A stretch of 64,000 nucleotides of DNA, from positions 96,001 to 160,000 of the forward strand of contig CAXXGJ010000025.1 in assembly GCA_963677895.2 (NCBI GenBank). Reading direction: 5' to 3'. A program made the position numbers and the translations under genes. The notes under the pieces are model-generated. The model worked only from the letters and a program-made list of their open reading frames with translations. It had not been told where the DNA came from and did not search any database. The stretch comes from Treponemataceae bacterium (lineage in GTDB: Bacteria; Spirochaetota; Spirochaetia; Treponematales; Rectinemataceae). Of the stretch, positions 39,201 through 46,984 are shown piece after piece; the stretch's first letter is position 1, and each line of letters starts with the position of its first letter.

Positions 39201-39871
39201 GCCTGGCGGCATCCTCGGCGGAAGAAGCGCCGAGACTCCTGCGTTGCCGGGATCCGGAAGAACTCGAGCTTCTCGCGGAGCGTGAACCGCCTTGCCTCCT
39301 CATCCTTTTAGGCCAGAAAAGCGAATTCATCGGCGCCATCGCGGATTCTCCCGCCCTCGCCAACATTCCCCTGCTCTGCGTCGCGGCGAGATTCGACGAC
39401 GCTTCCTTCGAAAAGCTCATCGCCGATAGGCCCAGGACGATTATCTGCAATTCCGGCGATGTTTTCCGCGACGTTATCGCTTCCATCGCGGGCCGCTTGC
39501 CCGGTGGGGAGGAGCTCCTACCCGCGCCGACGGGCGCCATAATCATGAAGGCGATCGTTTTCCTCAACCGATATTTCCGCGAACAGGTTTCGCGCTGGAA
39601 GCTCTCCGAATACGTGAACGCGAGCGAAGACTATCTCTCGAGAATATTCCATAAACAGATGGGAATCCCGCTGTGGGAATACCTGAACAGGCTCCGAATC
39701 GGCTACGCGATTGAGCTTCTGAAGAGTTCGGCCGAGAGCGTCGCGGAGGTGGCCTCCAGGTCGGGATTCCAGGATCAGGCGTATTTCTGCCGCGTCTTCA
39801 GGAGGATTACCGGCGCGACGCCGGGAGCCATTCGAAAAGAATCGGGAAGCAATGTCAGAATAGTACAATAA
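36224..39871 (+). CDS. Hybrid regulator: LacI-type sugar-binding sensor + GAF-like linker + degenerate HisKA/HATPase + degenerate receiver + AraC HTH
   Basis: IAYVGGP...AEDRYRAY, ASD..A, GFND, TTVR.P, LVIRQSCGC; KTEFLAGISGELQEP; ELAKRIAFLHGG; YLSRIFHKQMG...RIGYAIELL...GFQDQAYFCRVFRR; start uncertain. Confidence 0.85.
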   Translation: MRKKRHVGMRGGEEPIRPGKDSKNRKRIAFLLASIHSGSSTKVWPEILAESKKHQCTLFVFPGGRLASHDEFEYMRNGIFGLVGAQSFDGAISWASSLSGFASEKQVEDFLLSHIDMPLVTFGLKIRDTPVVNIDTYAGMKQLVFHLAKRHKCERIAYVGGPRAHSSAEDRYRAYRDALGELGLRFDPNLASLDNSWTEGRKAMLDLLDGRKLKPGTDFDALCAASDLLAFEAAELLQERGFRIPADIALGGFNDTDESNLFSPTYTTVRMPFERQAPQAFHMLLDRLDGKNPADKVLKTKLVIRQSCGCLTESVHLAGMTASSRWKGMAADAAAASEAEILHFVASVAGFTPEESSLYLEPIVSSFLACLSGRSRGRFLNTLDTILNGFIFRDGDIETFQDILSALRISCRSRTASPASEAMFETLLSQGRVLVSDAEKRISNYRAWKEKEFDHWLYILNHELLCAKDFEAIVSIAGRCLPKLNIQSGFFVLNGKDPAHRIFAGGFDATGSHDGGAKILEPKANRRLFPSSQILPEDIYPVGKGAYIVLPLYYESTSLGYVILRLEKSDAYIFEELRAMFSSAMRGVLLFEQVNEARKRAEKAEKMKTEFLAGISGELQEPMGFIYGAATRLLADAKPEQREDLEAIASYSARQMELTRHLLDLSLAQVDDLALHSSLFDPRSFMEGFAAASRVQQRRKKWGPVGISPPAGSSPPIGGEPLVSGVPLAWGDVARVAQVLEIFLDCLFRDLGTPSVEIVLGISPSGIGFKIGGGPSGERAARNLDELRSLLEAGPGIASMERMKIELELAKRIAFLHGGSLRCEGDAEAFSLELCLPYPSMEPSAQRDASDRWSAAVAASGTIGVLGGRLPAPLLALFPGWTAKKIGIAEAGGSMVQAEAISLLYIDPTSMQGEEAAAAGLLLDNGAFRRVGCYVPASSFASIPASWETNSAADSPSLGDFLLRFVPAKASNTVLVLGAAERGEDPAGSWAISLAASSAEEAPRLLRCRDPEELELLAEREPPCLLILLGQKSEFIGAIADSPALANIPLLCVAARFDDASFEKLIADRPRTIICNSGDVFRDVIASIAGRLPGGEELLPAPTGAIIMKAIVFLNRYFREQVSRWKLSEYVNASEDYLSRIFHKQMGIPLWEYLNRLRIGYAIELLKSSAESVAEVASRSGFQDQAYFCRVFRRITGATPGAIRKESGSNVRIVQ

Positions 39872-39922
39872 TCCGACTGAAAATTTGCAAAATCATACTA
39901 TACTATGATTGGTGGTAACAGT

Positions 39923-40879
39923 ATGACATCACCAACGACAACCATCGCTTCTGCCCGCGCGGGCAGGACAGGCGGCAGTGGCCTCTGGAAGAGCATCAAG
40001 CGCCACAAATCGGTCTACCTGCTGGCCTCCATCTCCTTTACTTACTTCATCATCTTCAAGTATGTTCCCATCTGGAACGCGCAGATAGCCTTCAAGGATT
40101 TCATGGCCCTCGACGGCGTCCTGGGAAGCCCCTGGGTCGGCCTCCAGAACTTCAAGGATTTCGTCAATTCCTACTATTTCTGGGAACTCATACGCAACAC
40201 GGTGATGTACAGCATCGGCAAGATGATCTTCTCCATTCCCGCCGCGATTTTCCTGTCGGTGACCCTCTACGAGTGCCGCGTCTATTTCCTGCGCAAGTCG
40301 GTACAGACCCTCGCCTACCTGCCCCACTTCCTTTCCTGGGTCATAATGTACGCCATCCTTCTCGCCATCCTTTCGCCCTCGAACGGCATCGTCAACGACG
40401 TCATCAAGCTCTTCGGCGGCGAGCCGATATCCTTCCTCACCGACGCGAAGGCCTTCCCGTGGATCGTCATCCTCTCGGACATGTGGAAGGAAATGGGCTG
40501 GAGCGCCATCATCTTCCTCGCGGCGCTTATGGGCATCGATCCTTCGCTCTTCGAAGCCGCCACCGTCGAAGGCGCCAGCGCCTGGCAGCGCGTGCGCTAT
40601 ATCACCCTGCCCTCGATCCGCCCCGTCATCGTGATGGTTTTCCTCCTGAGGCTGGGAACCATACTGGACGCCGGCTTCAACCAGATATTCATGCTCTATT
40701 CGCTGCCCGTATACAGCGTGGCCGACATCATCGACACATGGATATACCGCCAGGGGCTCCTGGAATTCCGCTTCGGGCTGGCGACGGCAGTAGGTCTCTT
40801 CAAAGGAGTGTTCGGCCTCATTCTCATCGTGGTTTCCAACAGGCTTATCCGCAAACACACCGATTCCGGGTTGTACTAA
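39923..40879 (+). CDS. Oligogalacturonide/carbohydrate ABC permease (YteP/LplB-like)
   Basis: SPWVG..NF, YLPHFLSWV, WKEMGW..IIFLAA, EAA..EGA EAA loop. Confidence 0.92.
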   Translation: MTSPTTTIASARAGRTGGSGLWKSIKRHKSVYLLASISFTYFIIFKYVPIWNAQIAFKDFMALDGVLGSPWVGLQNFKDFVNSYYFWELIRNTVMYSIGKMIFSIPAAIFLSVTLYECRVYFLRKSVQTLAYLPHFLSWVIMYAILLAILSPSNGIVNDVIKLFGGEPISFLTDAKAFPWIVILSDMWKEMGWSAIIFLAALMGIDPSLFEAATVEGASAWQRVRYITLPSIRPVIVMVFLLRLGTILDAGFNQIFMLYSLPVYSVADIIDTWIYRQGLLEFRFGLATAVGLFKGVFGLILIVVSNRLIRKHTDSGLY

Positions 40880-40893
40880 TGAGGTATGGAAAC

Positions 40894-41778
40894 ATGAAAA
40901 GCAGCATCCGACTGACAAATAGCGATAAATTCTTCCACTTCCTCGTCAATACGAGTCTTTTCGTCATTCTCGCGATTTTCGTGATACCTATATGGAGCAC
41001 GATAACCCTTTCATTCCGCCCCAACACCTTCATCGGATCGGCGCTGGACGGCATGCTCCTGGCGCCCTGGAAATGGTCGACATCGGCCTACGAAGCCCTC
41101 CTCGGCCACAGGGCCTTCCTGACCTCGACCTTCAACAGCTTCCGCATATTCTTTCAGGGTGTGGCCACCGCACTTTTCCTCACGGTGCCCCTCGCCTACA
41201 TACTGTCGATCAAGACCCTGCCGGGGCGCAAGATTCTCTACGGCATCGTCATCATCCCCTATCTTTTCAATGTGGGACTCATCCCCAACTACCTACTCGT
41301 GGCCAAGCTCGGCCTCATGGACAAGCTGGCCGCCGTCTACCTGCCGGGGGCTATCAGCGTCTACAACACCCTCATCATGAAGAGCTTCTTCGAGGGAATC
41401 CCCGATGAGCTCAAGGAATCGGCGCGCATCGACGGGGCTTCGGAGATCACTGTTCTCTTGCGGATCATCCTCCCCCTCTCCAAGCCCATACTCCTGACGA
41501 TAGGCCTCTATTATGGGGTGCATTTCTGGAACGATTTCTTCAACGCCATGCTCTACCTCAACGACAGCGCCCTCCAGCCCCTCCCCATCCTCCTGCGCAA
41601 CATTCTCCTGTCCTCGGGGATGAACGAATATGTCGAAGTGAACGCCTTCGGCGAGGCGCCCATCGCCGCCATCAAGGCCGCCAGCGTACTTTTAGCGGCG
41701 ATTCCCATGCTCATCGCCTATCCCTTTATCCAGCGTTATTTCGTAAAAGGGACGATGCTGGGAAGCGTGAAGGGCTGA
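40894..41778 (+). CDS. Carbohydrate ABC permease (YtcP-like)
   Basis: GLIPNYL, ESARIDGA, WNDFF, YPFIQRYFVKG.MLGSVKG. Confidence 0.92.
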   Translation: MKSSIRLTNSDKFFHFLVNTSLFVILAIFVIPIWSTITLSFRPNTFIGSALDGMLLAPWKWSTSAYEALLGHRAFLTSTFNSFRIFFQGVATALFLTVPLAYILSIKTLPGRKILYGIVIIPYLFNVGLIPNYLLVAKLGLMDKLAAVYLPGAISVYNTLIMKSFFEGIPDELKESARIDGASEITVLLRIILPLSKPILLTIGLYYGVHFWNDFFNAMLYLNDSALQPLPILLRNILLSSGMNEYVEVNAFGEAPIAAIKAASVLLAAIPMLIAYPFIQRYFVKGTMLGSVKG

Positions 41779-41833
41779 ATCGGGTTCCATATCGGGGCTT
41801 TTGTCCCCGTCGCGATAGATCAAGGAGGTTTCC

Positions 41834-43387
41834 ATGAAACGAACAATCAGAATCATGATGACGCTCATTCTCGCCATGGTCTGCATCGGATCGACATTCG
41901 CCCAGGGGGCGAAGCCGGTGACGATCGAGATGTGGTATGGAGCGGCCATCACCGAGGCGGGCCCGCCCCCCGACGACTGGGTGGTCTACAAGATACTGCG
42001 CGAAAAATACGGGATCGAGCTCAAGATCACGGCCGAGCCTTCGAACGAGAACGACCAGGACGTGAAGATTCTGGCCGCGGCGGCTGCCAACCAGCTGCCC
42101 GACCTCTTCATGGTGCGCCGCGATCCCTGGCAGACCTTGATCAAGCAAGGCCTCGTGGCCCCCATAAACGACATGTATCCTCTCATGCCCAACAGGGCCG
42201 AGAATCATTTCAACGAGGATTCCATCGCCTTCTCGACGATCAGGGGCAAAAGCTACGGTTTCGCCTTCCCCGGCTCCCTCCAGAAGAACGAAGGCCTCGT
42301 CATCAGGAAAGACTGGCTCGACAAGCTCGGCCTCAAGATGCCAACCACCCTCGACGAGCTCTACGATGTCTGCTATGCCTTCACCTTCAAGGATCCCGAC
42401 GGCAACGGCAAGAACGACACCTACGGCTACGGCGCCTTCGTCGAGCTTTTCGACCAGGAGCAGTACCTCGGCAGGCGCTTCGAGCCCATCATGGGCGCCT
42501 TCGGCGTGGCCGGCACCTGGAACATGACCGAGAAGAATTTCGGACTCAACGCGAAAAAGCCCGAGTTCTTTGAAGCCCTCAAGTTCGTCAACAAGATGGT
42601 GGAGAACAAGGTCGTCGACCCCGACTGGCCTTCCCTCAAGAAGGACGATTTCCGCGCCGCCTGGAAACAGGGCAAGTTCGGCGTGATGAGAGAGCAGAAT
42701 GCCGCCCTCGCCGCCCAGGCCAACTACGCCCCCTTCGACAAGAATTTCCCCAACGGTGAATGGGTCGCGCTTCCCCCTCCCAAGGGTCCGAAAGGTCTCG
42801 CCGCCACGGGCGTCATGGATGCCAACTACAGGATCTATGCCGTCTCCCCCAAAGCCATAAAGGCCGGAAAGAAGGAAGCGATCGCCAAATTCCTCGACTG
42901 GATGGCTTCCGAAGAAGGCTATAAGCTCATCGGCTGGGGCGTCGAAGGCGTGAACTATTCACTCGACGCGAACGGCGACATCACGGAGAAGAACGTACCC
43001 GCCGACACCAAGTTCTCGTCTCCCAAGGGACAGACGGTCACGCAGCTCCGCAATATGGTTTTCTACAACAGCACCCTCGAGCTCAACGCCCGCTATCCCT
43101 ATTTCACGACCGCCAATGGCCGCAAGATCGGCCCCCTGGGTTACCTGAAGTCCTTCCAGTCCTATCCCTGGATCAACGTGACGGGTATGGGCACGATAGC
43201 CCCCTCCCCGAACAACGCCGACCTCAAGCGCTTCATCAACCAGGGCGTTCAGGAATTCGTACTGGGCAAGACGGCGCTGACGAAGGAAAACTTCGACGCT
43301 TTCGTGACCCAGATGGACAAGCTGGGCGCCGCTGCCTGGGAAAAGGCCGCCAGGGCGCAGATGGATGAGAACGGATACCTGAAATAA
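41834..43387 (+). CDS. Carbohydrate ABC substrate-binding protein (YtcQ-like)
   Basis: Signal peptide; IRKDWLDKLGL.MPTT.DE, DPDGNGKNDTYG, GVEGVNY. Confidence 0.9.
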   Translation: MKRTIRIMMTLILAMVCIGSTFAQGAKPVTIEMWYGAAITEAGPPPDDWVVYKILREKYGIELKITAEPSNENDQDVKILAAAAANQLPDLFMVRRDPWQTLIKQGLVAPINDMYPLMPNRAENHFNEDSIAFSTIRGKSYGFAFPGSLQKNEGLVIRKDWLDKLGLKMPTTLDELYDVCYAFTFKDPDGNGKNDTYGYGAFVELFDQEQYLGRRFEPIMGAFGVAGTWNMTEKNFGLNAKKPEFFEALKFVNKMVENKVVDPDWPSLKKDDFRAAWKQGKFGVMREQNAALAAQANYAPFDKNFPNGEWVALPPPKGPKGLAATGVMDANYRIYAVSPKAIKAGKKEAIAKFLDWMASEEGYKLIGWGVEGVNYSLDANGDITEKNVPADTKFSSPKGQTVTQLRNMVFYNSTLELNARYPYFTTANGRKIGPLGYLKSFQSYPWINVTGMGTIAPSPNNADLKRFINQGVQEFVLGKTALTKENFDAFVTQMDKLGAAAWEKAARAQMDENGYLK

Positions 43388-43411
43388 GGCGAAAAAAGAC
43401 TTAAGCTGACA

Positions 43412-43446
43412 GGCGCGGCCGGGAGTATTCCGGCCGCGCCTCCTTT
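43412..43446 (+). terminator. GC-rich stem-loop after the SBP gene
   Basis: GGCGCGGCCGG...CCGGCCGCGCC followed by TCCTTT. Confidence 0.6.
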
Positions 43447-43457
43447 ATGGAACCACC

Positions 43458-44570
43458 ATGGACAAAGCACAACACACAGAATCAGGCAGGCTGCTCACCG
43501 ACCTCGCCGATGCAGCACTCCAGGCCTGCAGACCCGACACGGTGCGCTGGAACTACGAGAACGGCCTCATCCTTCAGGCAGTCAGGGAAGCCTCTAAACG
43601 GCAGCTGGGGAGCACCTATGACGCTGCATTGCGAAAAATCGCCGAAGCCCTCGTCACCCCCGAAGGATTCATCGTCGGCTATAGAACCGACGAATTCAAC
43701 CTGGACCAGATAAACGCTGGCAAATTCGTCTTCTCGATGTGGAAGGACAGCGGCGATAAACGCTATAAAATTGCCCTGGAGCAGCTCATGGAGCAGCTGG
43801 CATCGCATCCCCGCACGCCTTCGGGCTCTTTCTGGCATAAAAAGATCTACCCTAACCAAATCTGGCTGGATGGGCTCTACATGTTCGGCCCCTTCGCCGC
43901 CCGCTGCGCGGCTGAATTTTCCAATCCAGCCCTTTTTGATGATGTCTGCCTCCAGCTTTTCCATGTGAGGGAAAGTATGAAGGACAGGGCTACGGGGCTC
44001 TACTTACACGCCATGGATGAATCGCGTCGCATGGGTTGGTCCAATCCGGGAACGGGGCTTTCGCCCCATATCTGGGGCAGAGCGGTGGGCTGGCTTTCGA
44101 TGGCTCTCATCGACATCCTGGACTGGCTGCCCGAAAGCCATCGAGACAGGCTGGCTGTCGTCGCGATGTTCAAGGATCTCATGAAGTCGGTTGTTGCGGT
44201 CCAGGACGGCTCGGGGCTCTGGTACCAGATCCTCGACATGGCCAGTGAACCTGGCAACTATCTCGAGGAATCGGCTTCGGCCATGTTCGCCTACTCGCTT
44301 TTCAGGGGCATGCGCATGGGAATGCTAAGCCCGGAGACTTTTGCAGTGCCTGCCGAGAGGGCGCTGGCGGGGATCAAAGATCGTTTTGTCTCCCGCGATG
44401 CCACAGGCAGAGTTCATGTGGGCGGCATCTGCAAGGTGGCCGGCCTGGGAGGCAATCCTTATCGCGACGGTTCCTACGCCTATTACATGAGCGAACCTGT
44501 AGTCTCGGATGACTACAAGGGCACTGGTCCCTTGATCCTCGCGCTCTGCGAGGCTTGCGAGAAACTCTGA
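43458..44570 (+). CDS. GH105/GH88 unsaturated (rhamno)galacturonyl hydrolase (YteR-like)
   Basis: WNYENG, NLDQIN.G, FWHKKIYP.QIWLDGLYM, WGRA.GW, GLWYQ, NYLE.SAS, VAGLGG. Confidence 0.92.
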   Translation: MDKAQHTESGRLLTDLADAALQACRPDTVRWNYENGLILQAVREASKRQLGSTYDAALRKIAEALVTPEGFIVGYRTDEFNLDQINAGKFVFSMWKDSGDKRYKIALEQLMEQLASHPRTPSGSFWHKKIYPNQIWLDGLYMFGPFAARCAAEFSNPALFDDVCLQLFHVRESMKDRATGLYLHAMDESRRMGWSNPGTGLSPHIWGRAVGWLSMALIDILDWLPESHRDRLAVVAMFKDLMKSVVAVQDGSGLWYQILDMASEPGNYLEESASAMFAYSLFRGMRMGMLSPETFAVPAERALAGIKDRFVSRDATGRVHVGGICKVAGLGGNPYRDGSYAYYMSEPVVSDDYKGTGPLILALCEACEKL

Positions 44571-44629
44571 GCATCGGCATAATAACGCCGTCAAGCATGC
44601 CTTGGTATTAGTCCTGAGGAGTGCGCGCC

Positions 44630-46702
44630 ATGGAATTAAAAAACGTGAAACCAGGATTCCCCGCCTGCCTTGCTATCGTCTTTCTGCTCTCAACAATCGG
44701 GATCTTCCACGCGACAGCACAGACAGGGCAGCCTGGCGACAGCCAGCAGCTCTCCCTGAGCGCTCTTGGCTATGATACTTCCATCGGCCTTGTCCGCGAA
44801 GCCATCGCCCGCGACCTCGCCGTAGGCGTCGCCAGCAGCTCGGTAGCCATAACGGATGGCGGCAGGATCGTCTATTCCGAAGGCTTCGGCATGGCTGACC
44901 GGGAAAGAGACATCGCGGCGGATCGCAATACACTCTTCAACATCGGATCGATCAGCAAAGTCTTCACCGGCGCCGCCCTCATGCTCCTCGTCGACGACGG
45001 ACTTCTCGAACTCGACGATAAAGTGGTCGAGCATTTGCCTGAATTCGCGATGGAAGATCCTCGGCACCGAGACATCACGCTGCGCATGCTCCTCAACCAC
45101 AGCTCGGGGCTGCCAGGCTCCACGCTCTCCAACAGTTTCGGGGCGGAGCGCAATCCGGGGTTCCATGAGCAGCTGCTCTCCACCCTTCGCCGCTCCAAGC
45201 TCCGTTCCGACCCGGGAAAGTTCGCTTCCTACTGCAATGACGGTTTCAGCCTCGCGGAACTCGTTATCGAGCGCGTGAGCGGAAAGCCCTACGAAGAATT
45301 CCTGCGAACGAGGCTGTTCGCACCATTGGGGCTTGAAAAAACCGGCCTGAGCGTCGGGCTTCGTCCCGGGGAAACCAGCGCTGCCTTCTACAGGTCCCAA
45401 GACGGGGCTAAGGATGCTCTGGAGGTGGTGTCTGCCACAGGCGCTGGAGGCATTGCGTCCACTGCCGAGGATCTTTGCCGTTTCGCCGATTCTTTCTCGC
45501 TGGGAGGGACGAGGATTCTTTCCCAGGCATCCCTGCGCGAAATGATGAAGCCGCAGCCTTCCCTCGCGGCTATCGCGGCCGACAGGAATCCGGAGATGCC
45601 CTTCGGGCTGGGCTGGGATGTCGCCCTCCCCTCATTTTACGCCGACAAGGGTATCCAGGTATTCTGGAAGGGGGGAGATACCTACCACTACCACGCCTTG
45701 ATCCTGACAAGCCCCGAACGTCGGCTGAGCCTGACGATCCTCCAGTCCGGCGAGGGCACCGGCCTCATACGCCTCGCGAAGGAGCTATTCGAAAGCCTGC
45801 TTGCCGAAAAAGGCGTCATGGTCGCCCGCCCCCCTATCGCCTCCGTCCCGATTACATACCTGCCTGTGCCCGAGGAGTTTAGGGATTTTGAAGGCTACTA
45901 CGGGCCATCGCTCTTTAGGCTCGCCCTCTCGCCTTCAGGCGATTCCTTCATCCAATACATCTCGATAGGCAGCCAGGAGCTCCCGGTCTTAACCATGCGT
46001 TATACGGGCGGCCATTTCGAGGACGGGCAGGGCGGAAGATACTTCCTTACCCGCATGGGCAGAAAACAGTACTTGGCAGGCTCCATGTTCGATGACTGCA
46101 TAAGGATGGTGATGGGTCAGAGACTGCCGGAAAAGGCTGGGGAACAGACACTGCGTATGAACATCGACGGGAAGGTATGGCTGAAGAGGAGCGTAAAGCC
46201 CTTTGTTACCTCAGGCGACAGCGCCACCCATATCCTCGTTTCGAGTCTCGCCAGTTCCCTTCCCGGCTATGTCGACTTCGCGGGCATCAAGGAAATCACC
46301 GCGCCCGACCGCGCCGGCATGACCATCGAGGCCATCTCGGAACAACAGGAATTGCTGCTGGCAGAAGAGGAGGATCGAGTCTGGGTCTGGCTAGCTGAAG
46401 CCCTCTACTGCCCTGTCGACTCGGCTACAGCCCTCGCTACGGGAGCGAACACTACACGCATAGGGCAAAAGGGTCTCAACGAATGGCGCACGGCCAGCGC
46501 GGAGCGGCTGCTCCGTATCAGCCTTCCTTCATCGGGTAGGCTCATCGTGTTCTCCGCCGATCGCTCGGTCATCCACGACAGCGCCTTCGATACCCACCAT
46601 ACAGGCAGCCTCATTCACGTGGTGGAACTGCGCGTACCGGCCGGCAGCTTTGTGGAACTGGCAGGAAATCCTCAAGACCTATTCAGCATCGTTGTGGAAT
46701 AA
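44630..46702 (+). CDS. Secreted serine hydrolase (class C beta-lactamase/PBP-like) with C-terminal extension
   Basis: Signal peptide; FNIGSISK (SxxK), LLNHSSGL, YCN (YxN), KGG. Confidence 0.88.
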   Translation: MELKNVKPGFPACLAIVFLLSTIGIFHATAQTGQPGDSQQLSLSALGYDTSIGLVREAIARDLAVGVASSSVAITDGGRIVYSEGFGMADRERDIAADRNTLFNIGSISKVFTGAALMLLVDDGLLELDDKVVEHLPEFAMEDPRHRDITLRMLLNHSSGLPGSTLSNSFGAERNPGFHEQLLSTLRRSKLRSDPGKFASYCNDGFSLAELVIERVSGKPYEEFLRTRLFAPLGLEKTGLSVGLRPGETSAAFYRSQDGAKDALEVVSATGAGGIASTAEDLCRFADSFSLGGTRILSQASLREMMKPQPSLAAIAADRNPEMPFGLGWDVALPSFYADKGIQVFWKGGDTYHYHALILTSPERRLSLTILQSGEGTGLIRLAKELFESLLAEKGVMVARPPIASVPITYLPVPEEFRDFEGYYGPSLFRLALSPSGDSFIQYISIGSQELPVLTMRYTGGHFEDGQGGRYFLTRMGRKQYLAGSMFDDCIRMVMGQRLPEKAGEQTLRMNIDGKVWLKRSVKPFVTSGDSATHILVSSLASSLPGYVDFAGIKEITAPDRAGMTIEAISEQQELLLAEEEDRVWVWLAEALYCPVDSATALATGANTTRIGQKGLNEWRTASAERLLRISLPSSGRLIVFSADRSVIHDSAFDTHHTGSLIHVVELRVPAGSFVELAGNPQDLFSIVVE

Positions 46703-46838
46703 GGTGGCCGGCCTGGGCGGGAACCCTTACCGCGATGATTCTTTCGCCTATTACATGAGCGAACCCATCGTGTCCGACGACTTCAAGGGTGCCGGCCCCT
46801 TCATGCTGGCGCTCTGCGAGGCGCTTGCGAATAATTGA
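46701..46838 (+). pseudogene. Orphan second copy of the last 45 codons plus stop of the GH105 gene
   Basis: KVAGLGGNPYRDDSFAYYMSEPIVSDDFKGAGPFMLALCEA vs 44433-44570 KVAGLGGNPYRDGSYAYYMSEPVVSDDYKGTGPLILALCEA; ungapped, same length. Confidence 0.93.
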
Positions 46839-46839
46839 T

Positions 46840-46984
46840 AGGATTTACAGTTTTTGACAGGATAACAGGATGGGCAGGATTTACAGATAAGAATTTAGGT
46901 AAAGAAAAGAAAGAGCGAAACGATGCTTTTTTCTTTTTTTACCCAAATATTTTCCCGTAAATCCTGTCCTAACGTAAATCCTGT
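46840..46984. repeat. Long imperfect inverted repeat with iterated CAGGAT/ATCCTG ends (REP/MITE-like; probable bidirectional terminator)
   Basis: AGGATTTAC 46840, CAGGAT 46858 and 46866, CAGGATTTAC 46875; GTAAATCCTG 46957 and 46974; A-rich and T-rich inner arms; lies between convergent genes. Confidence 0.75.

Noticed and set aside
40273..40893. Long N-terminal extension of the second ABC permease
   Set aside because: Overlaps the first permease in another frame; homology starts near 40894.
44630..46702. Antibiotic-resistance beta-lactamase call
   Set aside because: SxxK/YxN motifs are shared with esterases and peptidases; the size and C-terminal extension do not fit AmpC, so no resistance claim is supportable.
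46650..46838. 62-aa ORF as an independent small gene
   Set aside because: Its first 17 codons are an off-frame read of the hydrolase gene and the rest is the stranded GH105 tail; no RBS is evident.
46840..46984. CRISPR array
   Set aside because: Units are 6-11 bp, irregularly spaced and inverted at the right end; no spacers or cas genes.
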